Assembly: GCA_027492205.1 (NCBI GenBank)
Contig: JAOZFN010000009.1
Coordinates: 97,316 to 161,315, forward strand
Origin: Thermoproteota archaeon
Lineage (GTDB): Archaea; Korarchaeota; Korarchaeia; Korarchaeales; Korarchaeaceae
DNA length: 64,000 bases
Direction of reading: 5' to 3'
The position numbers and the translations under genes were made by a program. Below the pieces are notes generated by a model. That model saw only the letters and a list, made by a program, of their open reading frames with translations. It did not search any database and had not been told where the DNA came from. Below, piece by piece: positions 48,604 through 57,936 of this stretch (within the stretch, counting starts at the first letter, position 1; the number at the start of each line of letters is the position of its first letter).

Positions 48604-51320
48604 GTGGCCAACTCGACGAGGGAGGAGTTCCCGATAAAGAGAACCTTCATAGAGGAAACCTTCCCCGTGAAAGAGGTCAGCGCGGAGTCGGTCAGGGAGA
48701 AGAACATAAGGCACGGGCACATATCGACGGTGCACATATGGTGGGCAAGGCGCCCGCTGGCGGCCTCTCGAGCCACCGCGTACGCGGCCCTGATCCCGGC
48801 GCCGGAGTCTGACCAGGAGGCTGAGGAGATAAAGAGGTTCATAGCAGAATTCTCCAAATGGGAGAACTCTCTCAATGAGAAATACGTTGAGAGGGCTAGG
48901 GCAGACATAAGGCGGGCGCTGGGATACACGCCCCGGATCCTCGACCCATTCGCGGGCGGAGGGAGCATCCCGCTGGAGGCGCTGAGGCTTGGATGTGAAA
49001 CGTACGCATCCGACTATAATCCCGTGGCTGTCCTGATCTTGAAAGCCGTACTGGAGTACCCCCAAAAGTATGGGAAGAAGCTCATTGAAGATGTCAGGAA
49101 GTGGGGCAAGTGGGTGCTAGAGGAAGCCAAGAAGGAGATTGGGCAATTCTATCCGAGCGATATAGTGGAGCGGGAGATTGGCCTTGAGAAAAGCAAGGAA
49201 GAGTTCATACCGGTAGGATATATATGGGCGAGAACGATTCCCTGCCAGAATCCCGCGTGCGGAGCCGAGATCCCCCTAATGAGACAGTACTGGCTTGCAA
49301 AGAAAGATAACAAGAAGGTAGCTCTATACCCATACGTTGAGGGCGGTGAAGTAAAGTTCAAAATCGTCGGAGATGGTTACGAGCCCTTTCCAGATGGATT
49401 TGATCCTTCTAAGGGAACTGTTAGAAGAGCAAGGGTCACCTGTCCAGTATGTGGGGCTATGATTGATGATGAGAGGGTGAGGTGGCTGTTTAGGAGCGGG
49501 AGGGCAGGGCAGAAGATTGTTGCAGTAATTTTGTACAATCCTAATAAAAAGGGTAAGTTTTTTATCGAATATCCAGAGAAGAGGATTTAAAGATTTTCAA
49601 AGAAGCCGAGAAAGAGTTAGAGAAGAAGATTGCTGAGTATCGTGAAAAGTGGGGGATCGAACCCGTCCCTAATGAGCCTACACCGAGTGGGAAAGGAAGA
49701 GGAGCTGAGAGGGCATTCTCTATTAGAAAGTATGGAATTGAAACTTGGGGGGACCTATTTAACTCGAGACAGAAATTAGCTTTAATCACGCTCATTGACA
49801 AGATCAAAGAGGCTTATCATATGATGCTTGAGAAAGATTATGAGAGAGAGTTTGCGGTTGCCATTACGACATATTTAGGTCTTATTGTTGATAGATTATC
49901 TTCATTTTGTACAATATTTTGTCGGTGGAAGAGTGGAACTGAACAGAACATACCCATCTTTAGTGGTAGGCAGGCATTACCCATAGTCTACGACTATTTC
50001 GAAGTAAATGTAACTGGACAGGTCAGCACCAGTTGGAAAAATTCTCTAGAGGTGATTCTTGGAGCCCTTACCAATATAATAAAGAATGCTACGCCGGCCG
50101 CGTGCACGTTCCAAGCGTCAGCTACAGACCTGCCCTTCCCGGACAGTTATTTCGACGCTATATTTACGGATCCACCATACTACGACAACGTCCCATATTC
50201 TTATCTCTCTGACTTTTTCTACGTTTGGCTTAAGAGGGCTCTAGGCGACGTACACCCTAAACTTTTCTCCACTCCGCTAACCCCAAAGTCAAAGGAGATA
50301 GTGGCATATACTACTATCGAAAAGAGTTGGAATGAAGCTAAGCAGCGCTTTGAAGGCATGCTTAGGCAGTCATTTAAGGAGATCAACCGCATCCTAAAAC
50401 CGAACGGAATCGCAGTAATAGTCTATGCCCACAAAACCACGATGGGCTGGGAGGCCGTAATCAACGCTCTCCTCGATTCTGGATTGGTCATAACAGCCTC
50501 GTGGCCGATAAACACGGAGATGAAGGCCCGCTTAAGGGCCAAAGAATCCGCTTCTCTCGCATCTTCCATTTACATCGTCGCGAGAAAGACGCAAAGGCAG
50601 CCCACCGGGTGGTTCAGCGAGGTCAAGGAGGAACTCAAGAAGCACCTCAACGAGAAGCTAGACAAGCTCTGGGGTGAGGGAATAGGCGGAGCCGACTTCT
50701 TCATAGCCGCGATAGGCTCGGCCATAGAGGTCTTCGGAAAATATGAGAAGGTCATGGACTACGAGGGAAACGTGATAAGGGCCGAGAGGCTGCTGGATTA
50801 CGTCAGGCAGCTGGTTACCGACTACGCCGTTAGAAAGATTCTTCGGGACGGGATAGCCGGCCAGCTGTCCCCTCTATCCAGGTTCTACCTGCTCTACAGG
50901 TGGAGCTACGGAACCGCGAGAGTTCACTTCGACGAGGCCCGCAAGCTGGCCCAGAGCGTCGGCGTAGACCTGGAGAGGGTCTGGAACAGGACCTTCGTTA
51001 GGAAGGAGAAGGAGTACATCTACGTCCTGGGGCCTCACGAGAGGGATTTAAGCGAGTTAGAAGGCTCCAGCGAGCTCGTCGACGTGCTCCACAGGGTCCT
51101 CCTGCTGTGGCAGAGAGGGCAGAGAGAGGAGATCAAAGAGGTTCTGAAGGGCACCGGGTGGTTCAGCGACACCTTCTTCAGGTACGCGCAGGCGATCAGC
51201 GAGTGTCTTCCGGAGAGCAGCAGGGAGAAGAGGCTCCTAGACGGGTTCCTGACGGGAAGGGAGAGGATCATCAGCGAGGGAAGGGGGGAGGGATCCGGGC
51301 TCTCTGAGTTTCTCCACTGA
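48604..51320 (+). CDS. DUF1156 amino (adenine-type) DNA methyltransferase, split by frameshift at T6 run 49558-49563
   Basis: HIWWARRPL and DPFAGGGSIP in ORF 48604-49590; TDPPYYD in ORF 49821-51320; the gap reads in the second frame as YRISREEDL...YGIETWGDLFNSRQKLAL without stops. Confidence 0.88.
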
Positions 51321-51426
51321 CCCTTCGCTTTTGACGCCGCTAGCCAATGGATGGTACTCCAAGCGAATCCTCTTGTCGTAAAACTTTTTCAGGGATCATA
51401 AAGGATAGGGAGCGAGTGGAGTTGGG

Positions 51427-54054
51427 ATGAAGCCCTTCCGCTCGGTCGCGATACCCCACAGGGACATCCTCGAGGGCAGGCTCACGATGGACGTGTTCGC
51501 GGCCGACCTCTGGGAGGTCTACCGTGGGAGGGCCCCGGAGGACTACAGAGATCCTGAGATCTTCTTCAGGAAGACCTACCTGACCGCCGGACTGAAGAAT
51601 CTGCTCAGCGTGGCTTCGAAGAGGCTGAGGGGAGAGGGTGGAGACCCCGTCATACAGATTCAGACCCCGTTCGGCGGGGGGAAGACCCACTCCCTGATAG
51701 CCCTGTATCACGCCTTCACTAGCCCCGACTCCGTCAGACCCTACTTCAAGGGAGCAATGAAAGCCAACGTGGTGGTGATAGTCGGGACGGCCATCAGCCC
51801 CAAAGAGGAGGGCGGGAGGATAGAGGGAACCCTATGGGAGGAGATTGAGAGACAGCTCGAGGGAAGGGTAGAGGAGATGACTCATCCCATCTCGCCGGGA
51901 AAAGAAGCACTCAGGGAGCTGCTAGAGAAGCACCAGCCCCTCCTGATATTGATGGATGAGGTGCTGGAGTACGTCGCCAAGGCGGCCGGCATAAAGAGGG
52001 GATACAGCGAGCTGAGGATAGGGGACACGAACCTGGCGGCCCAAACCATAGCCTTCATGCAGGAACTCACCGAGACGGTGAAGTCGCTCGACAGGACCCT
52101 CTTGGTCGTCACTCTGCCCTCAAGCGTGGTCGAGTATCCCGACGAGGAGAGGGCCCAGGAGCTCCTTCTCAAGCTCCAGAAGGTGGCCGGGAGGATAGAG
52201 AGAGTCTACTCTCCCGTTAGCGGGGACGAGATATACGATGTCATCAGGAGAAGGCTGTTCTCAGAAGTAGACGATGAGGGTGCCAGGGAGGTCGTGAACG
52301 AGTTCGTGGATTACTATGAGAAGGAGGGCCTGCTCGTTAGCAAGGCGGAGTACAGAGAGAAGATGCTTAGGACCTATCCCTTTCACCCAGAGACCATCGA
52401 CGTTCTGCACAAGAGGTGGGGGAGTCTCCCTACCTTCCAGAGGACTAGAGGGGTGCTCAGGATACTCTCGCTCGTGGTGCACAGGCTGAAGGACTCTTCA
52501 GCCCCGCTGATAAGGCCCTGCGACTTCGATCTAGCTTTCGACGAACTCGCCGAGGAACTCTTGAAGCATATAGGAAGGGAGTATGAGAGCGTACTGCGCG
52601 CCGACGTGACTGCTTGGGATTCGAACTCTAGGAAGGTCGATGAGACCTTGGGCAGCGCCTACAAGGGGCTCGGCCTAGCCACCAAAGTGGCAACCGCGAT
52701 CTTCCTCTACTCTTTCTCGGGAGGAGAGAGAGGAGCAACCCTTGGAGAGCTAAAGCTGGCCTGTGCCGACGTGAACATACCCACTAGCGTCATAACTGAG
52801 GTTGTCGAGAAACTCTCTGGCTCCCTCTACTATCTCTGGAAGGAGGAGGGAAGGTACGTCTTCAAGAGTCAGCCGAACCTCAACAAGCTGCTCGTCTCTA
52901 AGATGGCCGAGATCGAAGAGCCCGAGCTTATGGAGGAGGCTAGATCTCTCGTCACTAAGTATGCGGGTTCAGCCCTCGCCACGTACGTGTGGCCCGGCGC
53001 CCCTAGAGATGTGCCAGATGGTGAGGAGCTTAAGCTCGTCATCATGCAGAGGTATGACTTGGATCTGCTGAAGAGAATCCTCGAGGAGTATGGGGATAAC
53101 CCTAGGGTGAACAAGAACACTCTCTTCTTTCTAGCCCCACTGGAGTCGGAGAGATATGGGTTCGAGAGTTGGCTCAGGAGGAAGATAGCATGGAGGAGGA
53201 TCTCTGAGGACAGATCCCTCAACCTTACGGACGCTCAGAGGGAGGAAATCGATAGCAACATCAAAGCGATGAGTGGCGAGGAGAGGGACGAGCTGAGGAA
53301 GCTCTACAGGGTCGTCATAGTGCCCGCCAAGGAACTGAAGGAGGTGAGCCTCGGAATCCCAACGTTCGGTGACAGGAGACCGCTGTCCCTAGAAGTCTTT
53401 GAGAAGTTGAAGGAGGAGGGAGAGATAGTTGAGAGGCTGTCTCCAGTCCTCATAACAGAGAGGTACATGCGGGACAGGGACTACCTGGAACTCGTCCAGC
53501 TGTACAGAGCTCTGCTCTCCACTCCCGGAGAGCCACGAATCAGGAGGGACAAATTCATCGCATCCATCAGGGAAGCGGTGAGAAGGGGGAACTTTGGGTT
53601 CGGGTACTTAGAAGACTCCCGAGTTCGCTGCACGGTGATTGAGAGCACCCCAGAAATCTCTCTACGGGAAGGAGAGGTCATCGTTCGTAAAGAGCTGTGC
53701 GAAGAGAAGAAGAGAACGGGTGAAGGGAAAGCTGAGGGAGAACTTGGTCCAGCTGGACCAGTGGGTGGACCAATCGGAGCGAGGCCGCCCGTGGGAGGTA
53801 CGAGGGAGGGCCCAACGCCCGAGGGACCGTTCATCACGTCTGTAAGCCTCAGCCTCAGAATTCCTCGGGGAAGGTTCTCCGACTTCTACAGAGGGGTCCT
53901 AGGAGTGTTAGAGGATAGCTTCGAAGAGACCGAGGTCGTCATAAGCCTGAAGGCGAAGGGAGGTAGGATTAGCAGGTCTAGGTATGAGGATACCGTCAGG
54001 GAGACGCTGACGCAGATTGGCGCCGAGATACTGGAAGAGGAGACTGAAGAATAG
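51427..54054 (+). CDS. DUF499 AAA+ ATPase
   Basis: PHRDI..G...FAADL, FF..TYLT, Walker A TPFGGGKTH, Walker B LILMDE, RRRLF, YPFHP, FQRTRGVLR. Confidence 0.9.
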   Translation: MKPFRSVAIPHRDILEGRLTMDVFAADLWEVYRGRAPEDYRDPEIFFRKTYLTAGLKNLLSVASKRLRGEGGDPVIQIQTPFGGGKTHSLIALYHAFTSPDSVRPYFKGAMKANVVVIVGTAISPKEEGGRIEGTLWEEIERQLEGRVEEMTHPISPGKEALRELLEKHQPLLILMDEVLEYVAKAAGIKRGYSELRIGDTNLAAQTIAFMQELTETVKSLDRTLLVVTLPSSVVEYPDEERAQELLLKLQKVAGRIERVYSPVSGDEIYDVIRRRLFSEVDDEGAREVVNEFVDYYEKEGLLVSKAEYREKMLRTYPFHPETIDVLHKRWGSLPTFQRTRGVLRILSLVVHRLKDSSAPLIRPCDFDLAFDELAEELLKHIGREYESVLRADVTAWDSNSRKVDETLGSAYKGLGLATKVATAIFLYSFSGGERGATLGELKLACADVNIPTSVITEVVEKLSGSLYYLWKEEGRYVFKSQPNLNKLLVSKMAEIEEPELMEEARSLVTKYAGSALATYVWPGAPRDVPDGEELKLVIMQRYDLDLLKRILEEYGDNPRVNKNTLFFLAPLESERYGFESWLRRKIAWRRISEDRSLNLTDAQREEIDSNIKAMSGEERDELRKLYRVVIVPAKELKEVSLGIPTFGDRRPLSLEVFEKLKEEGEIVERLSPVLITERYMRDRDYLELVQLYRALLSTPGEPRIRRDKFIASIREAVRRGNFGFGYLEDSRVRCTVIESTPEISLREGEVIVRKELCEEKKRTGEGKAEGELGPAGPVGGPIGARPPVGGTREGPTPEGPFITSVSLSLRIPRGRFSDFYRGVLGVLEDSFEETEVVISLKAKGGRISRSRYEDTVRETLTQIGAEILEEETEE

Positions 54055-54139
54055 TGTGGACACCCGCCCGACCAGTTCTTTTGCGCTCGACAGGTTTATG
54101 AGAATTCCCTCGCGAGCCATGGGCCGGGGTGTGACCCCT

Positions 54140-55183
54140 ATGGTCGTGAACCTGCGAGGTAGGGACTTCATCTCGACGCAGGAGTGGACGAGAGAGGAGC
54201 TCGAGGCCGTCCTCAAGCTGGCCATGGAGCTCAAGGACAAGAAGAGGAAGGAGATCCCCCACAGGCTCCTGGAGGGGAAGACCCTCTTCATGCTGTTCTA
54301 CAACGCCAGCCTGCGAACGAGGAACAGCTTCGAGACCGGCATATTCGAGCTGGGCGGCCAGGGCATCTACCTCCAGCCCGGCGCCGTTTACACCCCAGCC
54401 CTGAAGGGTGAGGAGATCGCCTACACCACCGAGAGGATCTCCGACGTGGCGAGGGTGCTGAGCAGGTACGGCCACGCCATCGCGATAAGGATCTACGGCA
54501 AGCCCGTCCAGTGGGTGTACGGGAAGGGCGACCGCATAGTGAGGGAGTTCGCCCACTGGGCCGACATCCCCGTAATCAACATGGAGGACGACATCTACCA
54601 CCCGTGCCAGGCCATGGCCGACGTGATGACCGCCATAGAGCACAAGGGCCGGCTGGAGGGCAAGAAGGTCGTCGTAAGCTGGGCCTACTCGGCCGGCGTG
54701 AAGCCCGTCGCCGTGCCCCAGAGCGCCATACTGGCGTTCACCCGGTTCGGGGCCGACGTCGTCCTGGCCCACCCCAAGGGGCTCGAGCTCGACCCCAAGA
54801 TAGTGGACATGGCTAGGCAGAACGCCGACGAGTTCGGCGGCAGCTTCGAGATCAGCTACGACATGAACGAGGCCTTCGAGGGGGCCGACATCGTCTACCC
54901 CAAGAGCTGGGGGTCCCTCAAGTTCATGCCGCCCAACGTCCCCGAGGTGGACAAGGAGGGCATGATCAACCTGATGAACCAGTACAAGGACTGGATATGC
55001 GATCAGGAGAAGATAGACAGGGCCAAGAGCGACGTCATCTACATGCACTGCCTGCCGGCCGACAGGGGCATGGAGGTCACCGACGACGTGATAGACGGGC
55101 CTCACAGCGTGGTCTTCGACGAGGCGGAGAACAGGCTCCACGTTCAGAAGGCCATCATGGCCTACGTGATGGGGGGCGTCTGA
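54140..55183 (+). CDS. Knotted carbamoyltransferase (YgeW / N-acetylornithine carbamoyltransferase-like)
   Basis: SLRT, HPCQ, SWAYS..KP.AVPQ, TRFG.DV.LAHP, YPKSW, HCLPAD, EAENR; ATG 54140 after GGGGTG. Confidence 0.88.
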   Translation: MVVNLRGRDFISTQEWTREELEAVLKLAMELKDKKRKEIPHRLLEGKTLFMLFYNASLRTRNSFETGIFELGGQGIYLQPGAVYTPALKGEEIAYTTERISDVARVLSRYGHAIAIRIYGKPVQWVYGKGDRIVREFAHWADIPVINMEDDIYHPCQAMADVMTAIEHKGRLEGKKVVVSWAYSAGVKPVAVPQSAILAFTRFGADVVLAHPKGLELDPKIVDMARQNADEFGGSFEISYDMNEAFEGADIVYPKSWGSLKFMPPNVPEVDKEGMINLMNQYKDWICDQEKIDRAKSDVIYMHCLPADRGMEVTDDVIDGPHSVVFDEAENRLHVQKAIMAYVMGGV

Positions 55184-55412
55184 GCTAGCCCCATCCCAAC
55201 TTTTTCCCAGGAACTGGAACTCGCGAGAGTCCCCTCCTTTGGCAAGCGACTCTGCGGGGGGACGCCCCAATGACAGGTACTCCCCTTCAACGTGAGGGGG
55301 AGAGATCTTCAAGAATGGCTTGGGAGGGGGTCAAGCAAGTCCCCTAGTCAACTTGCCTCGGTCATCCTGTTAAACTAATTAATTTGAGAATCCGAACGCC
55401 CCCCGGGGGCCC

Positions 55413-56159
55413 TTGAGCGCGGGTGAGAACGATAGCAGGTTTGAGATCTCCCGCTGGCTCGAGTTCTATTCCAGACACCCGATGTTCTACGATCCCGAGT
55501 CCGAGGAGGCCAAGGAGAGGGCGGAGTTCCTTCGCCCATTCCTGAGGGACCTATTGACTCCTCCCGGCAGGACCTTGGACCTAGCCTGTGGATCGGGGGT
55601 ATTCTCCTTCCTTCTCGAGGAGCTCGGACACGAGGTGGTGGGCGTGGACGCCCTCCTCCTGATGGTCGACAGGGCGAGGGAGGTGGCTAGGAGCAGGGGG
55701 TCCAAGGTGAGGTTCCTTAGGGGCGACGCCAGGCAGATCCCTCTGCCGGACGACAGCTTCGACTACGTCGTCTTCCTCGGTAACAGCCTCCCTCACTTCT
55801 CGATCGATGACATGTGGACCGTCTTAGGAGAGATTGCCCGGGTGCTCGCCCCAGGTGGCAGGCTCCTGGTGGAGTACTCGGACTTCATCCAGCTCTTGGC
55901 TACGGGGGGATACAGGGATGTCAGGACCGAGCCCTTCAGAACGGGGGCGGTGGTCTCTTACCACTCCGGGTACAGCGGCACGGATGGGGTAGTAAAGAGG
56001 CTGTTCCACTACCTCGACACGGGCAGGTTCGAGGAGCTGGAGTTCCACCTCTGGGCGCCGTGGATCTTCAGGTTCGTGGCGGCGAGGAGGGGCTTTACCC
56101 TTGAGAAGAGCACCTCACACAAGTCGAGGTGGTACCTGGAACTCTACCGCCTTAAGTAA
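55413..56159 (+). CDS. Class I SAM-dependent methyltransferase
   Basis: LDLACGSG, VGVD, GDAR, FDYV, RVLAPGG. Confidence 0.87.
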   Translation: MSAGENDSRFEISRWLEFYSRHPMFYDPESEEAKERAEFLRPFLRDLLTPPGRTLDLACGSGVFSFLLEELGHEVVGVDALLLMVDRAREVARSRGSKVRFLRGDARQIPLPDDSFDYVVFLGNSLPHFSIDDMWTVLGEIARVLAPGGRLLVEYSDFIQLLATGGYRDVRTEPFRTGAVVSYHSGYSGTDGVVKRLFHYLDTGRFEELEFHLWAPWIFRFVAARRGFTLEKSTSHKSRWYLELYRLK

Positions 56160-56176
56160 CCGTCAGACAGACCGGC

Positions 56177-56887
56177 GTGGGGTGTGGTACCCTGATTGAG
56201 GCCGTCGAACTCATCGGCGCGGAGTGGAGTGTACCAGAGGCCTCCGCCTGGTGCGGAGCCGGGACGAGGAGTTCTTCAATGGAGGCAATAGTCCTCGGGT
56301 GCGACGAGGGGCTGTGCGCGGCCCTGGTGAGGGTCTGGACCCTCCTCCCCCCGGGAGCGAAGGGAGTTGGGGGGCCCCTCCCCATCGAGCTTATCGTCAG
56401 GTCCAGGGGGCATGAGATCCGGCTGCTGGCGGGACGGAGGATCAGGGGCCCCTACCTGGAGACCCACCCAATCCTCCTGGTCGGCGAGGGCCCCATCAGA
56501 GTTGAGGTCGCTGGCGAGGCCGGGAAGGCCCTGAGCATGCCGACCTGCTTGGCGGGAGCCACGCCGGGACCGGTCATCCTACCGTTGGGGGACGACCTTC
56601 AGGACCTCTCGGGCGACTGGAGGGTAGAGGAGGGCCTCGGCGGCGCGATGGAGGTCCTCCAGAGGGTAACCCCCGGCGGACGTGTCCTCCTATTGAGGTG
56701 CAGGCTCGACCCCGGCGCGCGTCCAGACGGCGTCCACGTCAGGCTGGCGGTCGCTGGTGGGGGAGAGGAGGCTGAGGCCTGGCTCAGGGCGCTGGGTGGG
56801 GGGACCGAGGCCGCCGTCGTCCTCGCTCCGAGGGAGGAGTGGACCGTCGTGGTGCCCGAGCTCGTGATTGCCTTCGGACCGACCTGA
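56177..56887 (+). CDS. Hypothetical protein
   Basis: 236-aa ORF filling the gap in a co-oriented run with host-like codon usage; no motif recognised. Confidence 0.5.
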   Translation: MGCGTLIEAVELIGAEWSVPEASAWCGAGTRSSSMEAIVLGCDEGLCAALVRVWTLLPPGAKGVGGPLPIELIVRSRGHEIRLLAGRRIRGPYLETHPILLVGEGPIRVEVAGEAGKALSMPTCLAGATPGPVILPLGDDLQDLSGDWRVEEGLGGAMEVLQRVTPGGRVLLLRCRLDPGARPDGVHVRLAVAGGGEEAEAWLRALGGGTEAAVVLAPREEWTVVVPELVIAFGPT

Positions 56888-56952
56888 ACTCGGAGATGCA
56901 AAGAGGGTCGTCCCCAGCGTTTTATTGGTGCCGGCTGCGGGGGGACGCCGTC

Positions 56953-57936
56953 ATGCCCAGCACCAGAGGGGCCGACGTGGAGCTGATCAGGCCCGTCCTC
57001 CCCCGGCACGTGAACGCCAGGGGAACGCTCTACGGCGGCTGGATGATGCACTGGCTGGTCGACGCCGGCTCGGTGGCGGCGACCAGGGTGGCGCGTGGCC
57101 CGGCCGTTCTGGGATACCTTGACGACCTCTTCTTCATCAGACCCGTCCCTCCCGGCTCCATACTCTCCTACCGGGCGACGGTGGAGTACGTGGGGAGGTC
57201 CTCGATGGCCGTCAGAGTCGACTGCTGGATAGAGGACGCCGAGACGGGGGAGAGGAGCCTGGCGACCGTCGCCCGCATGGCCTTCGTCTCGGTGGACGCC
57301 CGCGGTCGGCCCAGGCCCGTCCCAGACCCCGAGGTAGTTCCGAGGGGCGGCGAGGCGTGGGAGGCTGCTCGAGAGTGGTTAGAGGACGTCCGGGGGAGGG
57401 TGAGCGACAGGGCCGAGAGGGCCCTCGACGTGGACCTCGGGGGCTTCGGGCTGAGATCGGTTCGGGTGGTGAGGCCCGACGCGGCCGTGTACGGGGACAT
57501 GATGTATGCAGGCTCCCTCCTGCTGGAGATGGACGGTTTCGCCGCGGCCGCAGCGGCCCTTCACGCCGGGGGGAGGGTAGTGACCGCCTCCCTCGACCAC
57601 ATGGCGTTCTACTGGCCGATCAGGGTGGGGGACGTGCTGACCATGGCCGCCAGGCTCAACCACACCAGGAGGACCAGCATGGAGGTGGAGGTCAAGGTGA
57701 TAACGGAGAGGCCCGGTGAGTCGCCTGCGAGGCACTGCACGACGGCCTACTTCACGCTTGTTCACGTCGACGAGAGCGGGAAACCGGCGCCAGTCCCGCC
57801 CCTGATCCCAAGAGATGAGAGTGCTCGATTAAGGTGGGAGGAGGCCGCCCGGAGAAAGGAGAGGAGGTTAAAGGTGCTCGCCGAAATGAAGAGGCTGGCG
57901 GGAGGCCCTGGGGTGGTGGGTCGCGATGGCGGCTGA
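56953..57936 (+). CDS. Double hotdog acyl-CoA thioesterase
   Basis: P.HVN..GTLYGG....D, F.RPV, VGRSSM; second repeat MYAG..L.EMD, TRRTSMEV, FTLVHVD..GKP.PVP. Confidence 0.88.
   Translation: MPSTRGADVELIRPVLPRHVNARGTLYGGWMMHWLVDAGSVAATRVARGPAVLGYLDDLFFIRPVPPGSILSYRATVEYVGRSSMAVRVDCWIEDAETGERSLATVARMAFVSVDARGRPRPVPDPEVVPRGGEAWEAAREWLEDVRGRVSDRAERALDVDLGGFGLRSVRVVRPDAAVYGDMMYAGSLLLEMDGFAAAAAALHAGGRVVTASLDHMAFYWPIRVGDVLTMAARLNHTRRTSMEVEVKVITERPGESPARHCTTAYFTLVHVDESGKPAPVPPLIPRDESARLRWEEAARRKERRLKVLAEMKRLAGGPGVVGRDGG

Noticed and set aside
45150-54140. Mobile element boundaries around the defence island
   Set aside because: No integrase, transposase, tRNA or direct repeats found by eye
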